Both the position numbers and the translations under genes were made by a program. From the IMG/VR virus record IMGVR_UViG_3300005805_000482, positions 1 through 24,291 of that record: a stretch of DNA of 24,291 nt. One strand, given 5' to 3'. Source of the stretch: a virus (Duplodnaviria; Caudoviricetes). Below the pieces are notes generated by a model. That model was not told the origin of the DNA. It did no database searches and worked only from the letters and a program-made list of their open reading frames with translations. Positions 1 to 9,208 of the stretch are shown one piece after another (positions within the stretch are counted from its first letter, which is position 1; each line of letters starts with the position of its first letter).

Positions 1-906
1 GCTGCCACAGTGGGCACCACACTCAATGTCACAGGCAATGTCACTGGCGGTAATTTGTTGACTGCTGGATTGATTTCATCCACAGGCAATGTCACCAGTG
101 GTAATGTCAACACCGTTTTGGTAGCAGCCACCACACTCAGTGCCACAGCCAACGTGCAAGCCGGAAACTTACGCACAACTGGCTTGATCTCGGCCACAGG
201 TAATATCACCAGTGCTGCCAACATTTCTGGGTCATTTATTCTGGGCAATGGTTCTCAATTGACTGGTATCAGTGCTGCTGTTTCGGTTACTAATATCAAC
301 AACGGTACCAGTGAAGTTAGAATTGGCGAATCAGGTGGCAATGCCAACATCTCAATTGGTGGCACTGCCAACGTGGTGGTGTTTACCACAGGCACTGCAT
401 ATTTCATTGGCAACGTCAGTGTTGCTGGCATTGAAAAAATTGGATCAAATGCTGTGGGCAACATCGGATCCAGCAGCAATTACTTCAATCAAGTTTTTGC
501 CACAGCCACCACAGCCTTGTATGCTGACGTTGCAGAACGATTTGCGGCAGATGAGATTCTGGAGCCAGGCACAGTAGTAGAATTGGGCGGTGTCAACGAA
601 ATTACCCGAAGCACCCAAGATTTAAGCGAAAACGTGTTTGGTGTTATAAGTACAAGACCAGCCTATACCATGAATGGTGGTGCAGGTGAAAATGACACTC
701 ATCCGCCGGTTGCAATGACAGGTCGAGTTCCTGTAAAATGTGTGGGTCGAGTGCGCAAAGGTGATCGACTGGTCAGTGCAGGCGATGGAGTTGCTAGAGC
801 AGCTGGTCCAGGCGAAGCCACAGCGTTCAACGTGATTGGTCGCTCATTGGAAAACAAAACAACCACGGACATTGGCACCATTGAAGCCATTGTCACTATC
901 AAGTAA
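1..906 (+). CDS. Phage tail fibre/virion protein, 5'-truncated, with C-terminal intramolecular chaperone (peptidase G2/IMC-like autocleavage) domain
   Basis: Frame is open from base 1. Gly/Asn/Thr repeats (SATGNVTxGNLxTxGLI-like) are followed by YADVAERFAADEILEPGTVVELGG...VFGVISTRPAYTMN...VAMTGRVPVKCVG...KGDRLVS...VIGRSLE, typical of phage fibre C-terminal chaperone domains. Confidence 0.75.
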   Translation, partial: AATVGTTLNVTGNVTGGNLLTAGLISSTGNVTSGNVNTVLVAATTLSATANVQAGNLRTTGLISATGNITSAANISGSFILGNGSQLTGISAAVSVTNINNGTSEVRIGESGGNANISIGGTANVVVFTTGTAYFIGNVSVAGIEKIGSNAVGNIGSSSNYFNQVFATATTALYADVAERFAADEILEPGTVVELGGVNEITRSTQDLSENVFGVISTRPAYTMNGGAGENDTHPPVAMTGRVPVKCVGRVRKGDRLVSAGDGVARAAGPGEATAFNVIGRSLENKTTTDIGTIEAIVTIK

Positions 907-918
907 CAAGGAACAACA

Positions 919-1869
919 ATGACATATTCATCAGGTGGTCTAATTCAAGCCACAGACTACAACGGTTTTGTCAGCACCACAGTGGCTGCCAACGTCAACG
1001 CCACATGGAACTCAACCTACGGTCAAACCGCATTGGCCACTGTCAGCACCGGTGGCACTGTGTCAGCCACACAATGGGCCAGCCTGGTCAACACCATTAC
1101 CAACATGGCGGCGCATCAACCCACAACGGTCACAGCCAGAACAGCACCTGTGACTGGCAACACTGTGTCAATATTGGCCAACGTCAACACTGACATAACC
1201 GACTGCTTTACCAACCGTTACAACGCCTATGCTCAGGGCTCACAATTCACAGGATGGACTGGTACCAATGCCCAAACTGCTGCCACATCAGGCGCTACCT
1301 GGACCATAACATTTACCAACACAGTAACCTTTGCCAACGCCACTGCCGCCACAAACTTTTTCAATTCAGGTGGCACAGTCAAAATTGATGTCAGCAAAAC
1401 TTCAACTGGTGACCTAGGCGATCCCGAATGGAATGACTTGGCCAATACCCTGTGTGGCGACATTTATATTTCTGGCCTGGCCACATCACATACCATTGCG
1501 GGTGTGGCCTACACTGGTACCACACAGATTGGCGGCACAGGCACCCCAACCACACTGTTGACCGGCACTGGTTGGGATGCATTGTCAGCCGGCGCTGCTG
1601 GTACAATTGTGTACAAACAGTTTGCCGACACAGCACCATATACCAGCAATTTTATTCAACACACCATTGCCAAAGATGCCACGTCGACTATTTTAACTAT
1701 AACCACACTTTGGTCAGCCTCAGACGGTGACGCAATTTCTGGTGGTACAGCACCGTCGGGTGCCACACCTGGTACAGCACCTTGTACCATTGTGACCTAT
1801 TATCCGCCTGAGTCAACTTATTTGACCAACACCTGGGGCACACCCACAGTGGCTGCAACAACAGTGTAA
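919..1869 (+). CDS. Putative virion structural protein (Thr/Ala/Gly-rich, 316 aa)
   Basis: AAGGA RBS at 908-912. Very Thr-rich, low-charge composition, directly downstream of the fibre gene with similar codon usage. No catalytic motif recognised. Confidence 0.6.
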   Translation: MTYSSGGLIQATDYNGFVSTTVAANVNATWNSTYGQTALATVSTGGTVSATQWASLVNTITNMAAHQPTTVTARTAPVTGNTVSILANVNTDITDCFTNRYNAYAQGSQFTGWTGTNAQTAATSGATWTITFTNTVTFANATAATNFFNSGGTVKIDVSKTSTGDLGDPEWNDLANTLCGDIYISGLATSHTIAGVAYTGTTQIGGTGTPTTLLTGTGWDALSAGAAGTIVYKQFADTAPYTSNFIQHTIAKDATSTILTITTLWSASDGDAISGGTAPSGATPGTAPCTIVTYYPPESTYLTNTWGTPTVAATTV

Positions 1870-1871
1870 CC

Positions 1872-1899
1872 AAAAAGGGGTCACAGCCCCTAGACTTTT
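1872..1899 (+). terminator. Possible intrinsic terminator hairpin after the structural genes
   Basis: AGGGGT-CACA-GCCCCT stem-loop (1876-1891, one G-U pair) preceded by an A-tract and followed by AGACTTTT. The U-tract is short and offset. Confidence 0.4.
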
Positions 1900-1919
1900 C
1901 CCTGTTTTCCTTGTATAAT
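1891..1919 (+). promoter_or_regulatory. Sigma70-type promoter, probably producing a leaderless mRNA
   Basis: TAGACT (1891-1896), 17-nt spacer, TATAAT (1914-1919). ATG at 1925 follows after a 5-nt gap with no SD. Confidence 0.65.
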
Positions 1920-1924
1920 AAACT

Positions 1925-2233
1925 ATGGATACTGAAGCCCTAGTTGCTCACGCACGAGCCCGATTTGATCATGCAGCCGCGAGACGGGTGCTAAAAGAAA
2001 AATACGAAGCCAAAATGGTGTTTGCCCATGGGGGCGGAATGTGGCGTGCTGGACCAGAATTGCTGACCACACTGTTGGCCTGCGCACAAGACCAAGATGT
2101 TGTGATATTGGATTTGTATGAAACTCCTGTAAAAATCACAGTAACAGACTTGTTTGCTCGAGCACATGAACGTTGGCAAGAACAAATGAACGCATGGAAA
2201 GTAGAATGGGACGCAATAAGCCAACGACGTTGA
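1925..2233 (+). CDS. Hypothetical protein (102 aa), first gene of the enzyme operon
   Basis: Clean ORF directly after the promoter. Its stop overlaps the next start (TTGA). Confidence 0.7.
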   Translation: MDTEALVAHARARFDHAAARRVLKEKYEAKMVFAHGGGMWRAGPELLTTLLACAQDQDVVILDLYETPVKITVTDLFARAHERWQEQMNAWKVEWDAISQRR

Positions 2234-3027
2234 CTCAAGGTGTAGTGATCTTTGCTTTCAACAATGAAGCCACAGACTATATTGCCATGGCAGCATGGTC
2301 AGCCAAGAATATTCGACGCCATTTAGACTTGCCCGTGGCAGTGGTAACTGATGCTCCTGCGGCAGCCGCGCAACATCAATTCGAACACATCATTGTCGCA
2401 GCGCCAGACACTGGTGGTTCAAGACATTTTGCAGACTACGGTGCCACAGTAACCTGGCACAATGCTGGACGCATCAATGCTTACGAATTGTCACCGTTTG
2501 ACCAAACCATAGTACTGGATGCTGACTATGTGGTGGCCAGTGCTAGGTTATTACAAGTACTAGAAATACCACAACAGTTTGCAGCCTTTAGTGATGCATT
2601 TGAACCCAGCAGCATGACCAATCTTGAAACATTTGGTGAGTACAAGATGCCCATGTGGTGGGCTACCATGATGATGTTTCGCCGTGGCACAGTGAGCCAA
2701 TACATATTTGATAGTATGCAAATGATACGAGCCAACTGGCAACACTATCGAGACCTGTACGGCATACATCAAAGCAATTACCGCAATGACTATGCATTGA
2801 GCATTGCCTTGGGCCTGGTAGCAGGTGCCAACCAATCAGTTTATCAAATATATTGGCCCATGCTCAATGTCATGCCAGATCACGGTTTGACTTGTGTTGA
2901 ACAGGATCATTATGAAATTGAATATACCAATGCAGAAGGTAGATTGAAAACCATGAGTTGGCAGGGCCTGGACTTTCATGCCATGTGCAAACGACATCTA
3001 GAGGTGATAGTTGCAGCCAGCAGATGA
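2230..3027 (+). CDS. GT-A fold glycosyltransferase-like protein (GT8/nucleotide-diphospho-sugar transferase-like)
   Basis: Start reassigned to TTG 2230 (overlaps upstream TGA). GVVIFAFNN...DY...A...SAKNIR...PVAVVTD N-terminus and SPFDQTIVLDADY DxD motif. Confidence 0.65.
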   Translation: MTQGVVIFAFNNEATDYIAMAAWSAKNIRRHLDLPVAVVTDAPAAAAQHQFEHIIVAAPDTGGSRHFADYGATVTWHNAGRINAYELSPFDQTIVLDADYVVASARLLQVLEIPQQFAAFSDAFEPSSMTNLETFGEYKMPMWWATMMMFRRGTVSQYIFDSMQMIRANWQHYRDLYGIHQSNYRNDYALSIALGLVAGANQSVYQIYWPMLNVMPDHGLTCVEQDHYEIEYTNAEGRLKTMSWQGLDFHAMCKRHLEVIVAASR

Positions 3028-3778
3028 ACAAGGTTACTTGATTGTTGCAGTCAACAGCGACACAGTAGATTACCAAGACTGTGCTAGAACTCTAGCCAAG
3101 ACCATACGTTATTGGGATCCGTTGGCACGTATTTGCCTGGTCACAGACAGCCCCGACACTGATCCATTGTATGATCATCACAGACAGATTGTGCCTGATA
3201 CCAATCCATTTGCCAACGATGCACAACTGTTCAGACTCACGCCATTTCGTGAAACCATCAAACTAGAAGCAGACATGTTGATTGTGAGTCCCATCGACCA
3301 CTGGTGGACACAGTTTAGACACCGAGATGTTGTGATATCCACAGGCTGTAGAGACTGGCAAGACCGTACAAGCACAGCCAGACACTACCGCAGAGTGTTT
3401 GATGTCAACAACTTGCCAGATGTGTACAATGCCATCACATACTGGCGGCGCAGTGAAACTGCCAAGGAATTCTTTGGTTGGGTAGGAAACATATTTGCCA
3501 ACTGGGCAGAGTTTAAAAAACTATTGAAGTTTGCTGACGAAGTTCCATCTACTGACCTGGTGTATGCAATGGCAGCAGACATCATTGGCCGAGACCGTGT
3601 GACCATGCCGTTCAGCACATACCCAAAAATAGTGCATATGAAACGACACATAGCAGGCACCAACACAGAAGCCTGGCCGGATGAACTGGTATGGGAATAT
3701 TCTGATTGGCGATTGCGCATACAAACTGTGCCACAAACAGGCGCATTTCATTATCATGTCAAAGAGTGGCGAGCATGA
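3011..3778 (+). CDS. GT-A fold glycosyltransferase-like protein, paralog of the upstream gene
   Basis: GAGGTG RBS at 3001-3006, TTG start. GYLIVAVN...DY...A..LAKTIR...ICLVTD and TPFRETIKLEADML (ExD in place of DxD). Confidence 0.6.
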   Translation: MQPADEQGYLIVAVNSDTVDYQDCARTLAKTIRYWDPLARICLVTDSPDTDPLYDHHRQIVPDTNPFANDAQLFRLTPFRETIKLEADMLIVSPIDHWWTQFRHRDVVISTGCRDWQDRTSTARHYRRVFDVNNLPDVYNAITYWRRSETAKEFFGWVGNIFANWAEFKKLLKFADEVPSTDLVYAMAADIIGRDRVTMPFSTYPKIVHMKRHIAGTNTEAWPDELVWEYSDWRLRIQTVPQTGAFHYHVKEWRA

Positions 3779-4110
3779 CTCCTGAAGAACTAATTGCATT
3801 GTTTCAGGCTGTGCCAGAATCACCGCCACCTTTTTTTAGACTGTATCATGATGAGCATGGTTTTCCACTATTCTACAGCATGGAGGACCGTCCCGGTATA
3901 TACATTGAAATAACACCAGAAGAGTATTATCGCAACAAATCAAACGTGCGTGTGCGTGACGGTCGACTGATAGAAGTAACATGGACAACCACTGCAAAAT
4001 TGGTTCCTGGCAACTCTGGATCCCCTTGTCATCCCGACAATGTCGCTGTAATCGTTGCTGAGGACCAACCTCATACAAAATGGAGTAAGAAAACATATGA
4101 ATCAAATTGA
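3775..4110 (+). CDS. Hypothetical protein (111 aa)
   Basis: ATG 3775 overlaps the upstream stop (ATGA). ORF fills the gap exactly. No motif recognised. Confidence 0.6.
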   Translation: MTPEELIALFQAVPESPPPFFRLYHDEHGFPLFYSMEDRPGIYIEITPEEYYRNKSNVRVRDGRLIEVTWTTTAKLVPGNSGSPCHPDNVAVIVAEDQPHTKWSKKTYESN

Positions 4111-5023
4111 CGTTGCAGATTTAGACTGCATTTATCTCACTTATGATGAGCCTGACCGTGAAGAAAATTGGCTGTTGATAAAGAACATGGTGCCTTGGGC
4201 CACCAGAGTAGATGGCATCAAAGGCTCTGATGCAGCACACAAAGCAGCAGCCGCTGCCAGCAACACCGAACGCTTTGTGTTGATTGATGGTGACAATTTG
4301 CCCACTGCGGAGTTTTTCAATCAAACATTGACATTTCCGACTGAAGAATGGCAACAGGCAGTTTACCGTTGGCGTGCTAGAAATCACATCAACGGCTTGA
4401 TGTACGGCAATGGTGGCCTAAGTTCATGGACACGAGAATTTGTAATGAACATGCGCACACACGAAGCCACAGATGGCAGAACTGAAACTGAAGTTGAGTT
4501 TTGTTTTGATCCCTTGTATTGGGCCATGCATGACTGCTACTCAACCACATACCCAAATGGTTCACCTTTTCAAGCCTGGCGAGCAGGATTCCGTGAAGGT
4601 GTCAAAATGTGCCTGAACAAAGGTGCACGACTCACTGTGTCTGAATTTCAAGATCGTGTGCACCAACGCAATCTTGACAATCTAACCATATGGCACAACA
4701 TCGGTGCTGATGTCAACAACGGACAATGGGCCATGGCTGGTGCCAGACAGGGCACATACATGACCATGCTCACAAACTGGGACCATCGTGAAGTACAAGA
4801 CTTTGATGCCTTGGCAGAGATTTGGGCGACGGTCAAAGATTCAGATCCCAGACTACTAGGTGGACGTGTGGCTGATGATCTGTATTCTCAACTTGATTTG
4901 CCCATGATGATTTTTGAAGGTGAACAGAGTAGATTTTTCAAACAACATTACCTTTCGAATTGGCACAATCGTGGTGTCATGGTCAAAGAGATTGATGTTA
5001 TCCGTCAACAGGAAGGTTGGTAA
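4097..5023 (+). CDS. Phage GT-A (GT2-like) glycosyltransferase
   Basis: GGAG RBS at 4082-4085. DCIYLTYDEP...RVDGIKGSDAAHKAAA...FVLIDGDN (DxD), NHINGLMYGNGG, AWRAGFREGVKM. Confidence 0.65.
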   Translation: MNQIDVADLDCIYLTYDEPDREENWLLIKNMVPWATRVDGIKGSDAAHKAAAAASNTERFVLIDGDNLPTAEFFNQTLTFPTEEWQQAVYRWRARNHINGLMYGNGGLSSWTREFVMNMRTHEATDGRTETEVEFCFDPLYWAMHDCYSTTYPNGSPFQAWRAGFREGVKMCLNKGARLTVSEFQDRVHQRNLDNLTIWHNIGADVNNGQWAMAGARQGTYMTMLTNWDHREVQDFDALAEIWATVKDSDPRLLGGRVADDLYSQLDLPMMIFEGEQSRFFKQHYLSNWHNRGVMVKEIDVIRQQEGW

Positions 5024-5718
5024 TGATTATTGCATTCTATCCAGGCAGCGGCGGCAATAGATATTTAAGAATGATCAAAAACGTAGAATGGCAAAATTTT
5101 AATCAATCTTATGACTTTTTGGTACCTGGACAAACTCTTAAGAATCGACATCTATTAGATGGTGCCGATTACTCTGACCAACCTTATATTTTAACGCATT
5201 GTTTAAATAGTCCTCATTTAAAAAAAAGTTTTCCTGATAGAAAAATTGTTTTTATAATAGGTAATTTAAAATCTTGTTTGTGCAGAGAATGGGTCCTTGC
5301 CGGTCACGCACGTTTTGTTAAATCTGAGCAATCTAAAAAAAATAATTTTGATCGATTGCAACACTATTACGCATTCAAGGACCAGGAATGGCCTGACTGT
5401 AAGTCGTCAGAAGAAATAGATAAATTACCAGAAACAATCTTACAAGAAATAAAAGAAGACTACAAAAAAAATTCTAAAGAAATTTTAACAGGTCTCGACA
5501 GTGTTAAGAAAAATATTCTAGACAAAGTAGATTCATCTTTTGAAAATATACTTTGGCATAAAAATTATTATGAACAATACCCGATCAAAATCGGTGCTGA
5601 CTCAGAAGTCATTGACATTTCTTCAGGACCTAGCAAGTTTTGCCAAATCATGAGACAAGAACTAAACAACTATCACAGCGAAATATTTGATCAAGTATGG
5701 AACAGTATCTATGAATAA
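5023..5718 (+). CDS. Hypothetical protein, possibly P-loop/sulfotransferase-like; AT-rich
   Basis: ATG 5023 overlaps upstream TAA. N-terminal IIAFYPGSGGN resembles a P-loop/PAPS-binding loop. Internal YYAFKDQEWPDC...LPETILQEI segment. Function call is weak. Confidence 0.4.
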   Translation: MIIAFYPGSGGNRYLRMIKNVEWQNFNQSYDFLVPGQTLKNRHLLDGADYSDQPYILTHCLNSPHLKKSFPDRKIVFIIGNLKSCLCREWVLAGHARFVKSEQSKKNNFDRLQHYYAFKDQEWPDCKSSEEIDKLPETILQEIKEDYKKNSKEILTGLDSVKKNILDKVDSSFENILWHKNYYEQYPIKIGADSEVIDISSGPSKFCQIMRQELNNYHSEIFDQVWNSIYE

Positions 5719-6733
5719 AATAAATTCTTTCACTGGCTTTGGAAAACTCAATGAAGTTTGGTTGGGTGCAGTATATCCGACTGATTTTTATTACGACGTC
5801 TCATCTGAGGTCAAAAACGCTTTTTTTTCAATAACCGAGATGACTAATCAAGATCTCAATAGCATAGCAGATTGTCTTGCTTTGCACGGGATATCTGTTA
5901 AACGCCCAACGTTTACAAACAATCGTGATGATTACATAAATGAATATGGAAACCTGTGCAAGCCTCCAATTATGCCAAGGGATGATAATTTAGTTCTTGG
6001 AGACACGCTATATCATTTAAGGGCAGACTACAAAGTTGATCCTTGGCAAGATCAAATTGATCTGTTAAAATCCAATAATTCTAAAATTAAATTTGGTGTC
6101 AGGCACAGCGATCTATCGTGTCTTGCACCACCTAGCATAGTTAGATGTGGTCGAGATATTTACATCGATGTAGATTCTCACAAACATGTAATGTCTCAAG
6201 TCAGTCAAACTTTTTTAAATTGGGCAAAAAATTACAGAGTACATTTAGTATCTACCGGCGGCCATAGCGACGGAGTATTTTGTCCAGTACGCGAAGGCCT
6301 AATTATTACAACTCATTGGATATCAGATTATACTAATACATTTCCAGATTGGGAAGTTTTTCAGATTCCTGTTGAAAAAACAACAAGTAATTCAACCTGG
6401 TGGGTTCCGGAGCCTAGTATCAATGACAATAAACTGTTTGCCGATCATATAGAACAAAAAGCAGTTGATTGGGTAGGTAATTACCAAGAAACTCAATTCA
6501 GTGTAAACATGTTGGTACTCGACAGCAACAAAGTTTTAGCAGTAAATCAGAATCCTAGATTAACAGAGTTCTTAGAATCCAAAGGAATTGAAGTTATTGT
6601 AAAAGACTTCAGGTGCAAAGGTTTCTGGGATGGCGGCATGCACTGTTTAACATGCGATATAAATCGGTCAGATACTGCCATAGACTATTTCCCACACAGG
6701 CCTAATACCAATTACCTAGATTGGATCATATGA
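5711..6733 (+). CDS. Amidinotransferase (glycine / inosamine-phosphate amidinotransferase family)
   Basis: NSFTGFGKLNEVWLG N-terminus, MPRD, GHSDG (catalytic His), VNMLVLD, and C-terminal WDGGMHCLTCD with the catalytic Cys (compare GGFHC of AGAT/StrB1). Confidence 0.85.
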   Translation: MNKINSFTGFGKLNEVWLGAVYPTDFYYDVSSEVKNAFFSITEMTNQDLNSIADCLALHGISVKRPTFTNNRDDYINEYGNLCKPPIMPRDDNLVLGDTLYHLRADYKVDPWQDQIDLLKSNNSKIKFGVRHSDLSCLAPPSIVRCGRDIYIDVDSHKHVMSQVSQTFLNWAKNYRVHLVSTGGHSDGVFCPVREGLIITTHWISDYTNTFPDWEVFQIPVEKTTSNSTWWVPEPSINDNKLFADHIEQKAVDWVGNYQETQFSVNMLVLDSNKVLAVNQNPRLTEFLESKGIEVIVKDFRCKGFWDGGMHCLTCDINRSDTAIDYFPHRPNTNYLDWII

Positions 6734-8115
6734 ACAAAAAAGGTAATCAAAGCGTTTTTATGAGCTCAGCTGAGCAAATGAAAACAGATCTTGGTCCTGC
6801 ATTGTGCTTGGCCAAATGGAAACAAGTAAGTCTACATCTAACCACAGGCATGAACAACTCATGTTATCATCCACCCTTGCACTCAATCAATCCTGCAGAA
6901 ATTGCTATCGACGTTTCTGCACTACACAACACTAACTATAAAAAACAACAACGCCAACAGATGTTGGCAGGTCAACGTCCTGCAGAATGTCAATACTGTT
7001 GGAACATGGAAGATCAAGGCAAACTCAGCGACAGGCATTATAGATCAGGTGAACCTTGGGCTGCTGTGGATTTTGAATCAATAAAGAATAGCACAGGAGA
7101 AGAAAATGTTATTCCCGCTTATGTTGAAGTTAATTTTAATCATGCTTGTAATCTCCAGTGTAGTTATTGTAGCCCTCAGTTTTCAAGTTCGTGGGCAGAT
7201 GAAGTATCACGCCTGGGTGGTTACCCTACTGCTGTGCCACACAATGCTCCTGAGCACTTTATGGGTAGTCGTAGAATTATACCAGCAAGAGAGTCAAATC
7301 CTTATGTTGAGGCCTTTTGGCAATGGTGGCCAGACCTGTACCCTCACCTAGAACATTTCCGCATGACCGGCGGCGAGCCACTGCTAGATAAAAACACCTA
7401 TCGGGTGTTTGACTATGTACTAACCAATCCCAGTCCAAAGTTGCATTTGAATGTCACAAGCAACTTCTCAGTAGATGCAAAGTCCTGGCAACGATATTTG
7501 GAATATGTGAAAAGAATTTGTGACGGTCGTATTGAACATTTCATGCAGTATGTTAGTTTAGATGCATGGGGTGCTCAGGCGGAATACATCAGACATGGAT
7601 TAAATTTCAATCTACTGTGGGACAGAGTAAATGAATTTCTCACTGAGGTTCCAAACTATTCAAGTCTTACTTTTATTGTCACAATGAACAATCTCAGTGT
7701 CACAACATTGGATCAATTGTTTGCAGGGATCCTGGGTTTGAGAAAAGTCTACAGCAAAACTTATCAACGTGTGTGGTTTGATACCCCTGTGCTGCTTGAA
7801 CCCGCTTGGCAAAGCCTGCAAATTTTACCAGAAAGTTATGCTGAACGACTGGAACTGCTGTGGGCTTGGATGATTCGACAGATCGAAACCAAAGAGGCTG
7901 CTTTTAAAGGATTCAAAGACTATGAACTGCACAGACTGGATCGAGACATTGCCTGGATGCGATCAGCCCAGGATCAAGATCACGACCAAGCCAAGGCAGA
8001 CTTTTATCGTTTCTTTAGTGAACACGACCGCAGACGCAGCACAGACTTTTTGAAAACATTTCCTGATATGCGATCCTGGTGGGAGGAGTGTGCATACCAT
8101 GCTAGGCAATCGTAA
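6730..8115 (+). CDS. Radical SAM protein with N-terminal SPASM/Twitch-like Cys module (subtype A)
   Basis: CxxxCxxC (CNLQCSYC) followed by SSSW; MTGGEPLL; N-terminal CLAKW...SCYHPPLH...CQYCW. Confidence 0.85.
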   Translation: MNKKGNQSVFMSSAEQMKTDLGPALCLAKWKQVSLHLTTGMNNSCYHPPLHSINPAEIAIDVSALHNTNYKKQQRQQMLAGQRPAECQYCWNMEDQGKLSDRHYRSGEPWAAVDFESIKNSTGEENVIPAYVEVNFNHACNLQCSYCSPQFSSSWADEVSRLGGYPTAVPHNAPEHFMGSRRIIPARESNPYVEAFWQWWPDLYPHLEHFRMTGGEPLLDKNTYRVFDYVLTNPSPKLHLNVTSNFSVDAKSWQRYLEYVKRICDGRIEHFMQYVSLDAWGAQAEYIRHGLNFNLLWDRVNEFLTEVPNYSSLTFIVTMNNLSVTTLDQLFAGILGLRKVYSKTYQRVWFDTPVLLEPAWQSLQILPESYAERLELLWAWMIRQIETKEAAFKGFKDYELHRLDRDIAWMRSAQDQDHDQAKADFYRFFSEHDRRRSTDFLKTFPDMRSWWEECAYHARQS

Positions 8116-9208
8116 AATCATTGTGGATGAGTGGGCCGAAGTATGGGACCTGTTGAAGTCATCAGCAGACGGCAGTTTTTGGCAGTGGGCAGACGTTGTA
8201 CTTGATCCCAACAATGTGTATATTGTTGGACGTGTGATATTAAAAGACAACTGGACTGAAATAACTGAATGGGCAAAACAGTATCCAGGGCGCATAGTGT
8301 TTTCAAATCCTGCTGAAGGCAGTGAAACCATACTGTTACAATTAACACGACTGCGCATCAAAGAACAAGTTCGTCGGGGTGAGATTTTACTGTTGACATC
8401 GGGTGACTTAGAACCAGGCTGGCGCTACTGTAAAACAGACTGCTACTTTGCCAACATTGTGGAATACTTGGAAAACTTACGTGCGCACGAGTCCTATCCG
8501 CAAGTGTACCACAAGCAAAACAAACCCTATGACTTCTTGTTCCTAAACGGACGATTGAGACCACATCGAAAATATCTAATAGACGCATTTAGATCACGTG
8601 GATTGTTGGATTGTGCACTGTGGACCAACTTGCAAAGTCGAGTGGATATAGAATGGAGCAGTCAACTACAAACTCAAAAACTAGAACAGATAAGATTACT
8701 ACCATCTGAGTACGAAATCGACCGTGCTAGACCAAACTTGACTGCTGCTACTATGGACGCAGGATTTGCCAAACATTTGTTGTTCAACAACACCTGGGGC
8801 GATGCTGAAGTCAATCCTGCGCCGTATATTGATACCTATTTCAGTGTCGTGACAGAAACCATTTACGACTATCCCTACACATTCCGTACAGAAAAGATCT
8901 GGAAGCCCATGATCATGGGTCATCCGTTCGTGGCAGCAGCCAATCGCGGCTACTACAAGGATTTACACTCAGCAGGGTTTCAAACATTTGGACACTTGAT
9001 TGATGAAAGTTTTGATCAGATAGATGATCCCCGAGATCGTGCTGACAGAATTGTTGACACTGTGGCAGATATATGTTACAATGGTGCTGCCAGTTTCTTG
9101 GAAGCCGCTAGATCCGTTTGTAAATACAACTATCAACAACTTCGCGAACACAATGCTCGTGAACGTGCAGAGCTCCCAGAACGTTTGGCCCAATACATCA
9201 ATGAATGA
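8099..9208 (+). CDS. Putative glycosyltransferase (GT-B/GT10-like TEK motif family)
   Basis: GGAGGA RBS at 8082-8087. FLFLNGRLRPHR and FSVVTET...FRTEKIWKPMIMGHPF...GFQTFGHLIDESFD. Two paralogs lie on the minus strand. Confidence 0.5.
   Translation: MLGNRKIIVDEWAEVWDLLKSSADGSFWQWADVVLDPNNVYIVGRVILKDNWTEITEWAKQYPGRIVFSNPAEGSETILLQLTRLRIKEQVRRGEILLLTSGDLEPGWRYCKTDCYFANIVEYLENLRAHESYPQVYHKQNKPYDFLFLNGRLRPHRKYLIDAFRSRGLLDCALWTNLQSRVDIEWSSQLQTQKLEQIRLLPSEYEIDRARPNLTAATMDAGFAKHLLFNNTWGDAEVNPAPYIDTYFSVVTETIYDYPYTFRTEKIWKPMIMGHPFVAAANRGYYKDLHSAGFQTFGHLIDESFDQIDDPRDRADRIVDTVADICYNGAASFLEAARSVCKYNYQQLREHNARERAELPERLAQYINE

Noticed and set aside
10-906. Eleven N-x-S/T sequons in the fibre protein as evidence of N-glycosylation
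   Set aside because: Expected from the Asn/Thr/Ser-rich GNVT repeat composition; no oligosaccharyltransferase is visible in the window.
9024-9200. Longer N-termini from the ORF track (also 2173, 3706, 4055, 5017, 5687, 6721, 8090, 10520)
   Set aside because: They overlap upstream genes more than needed. Downstream starts match the stop/start coupling pattern or an SD site.
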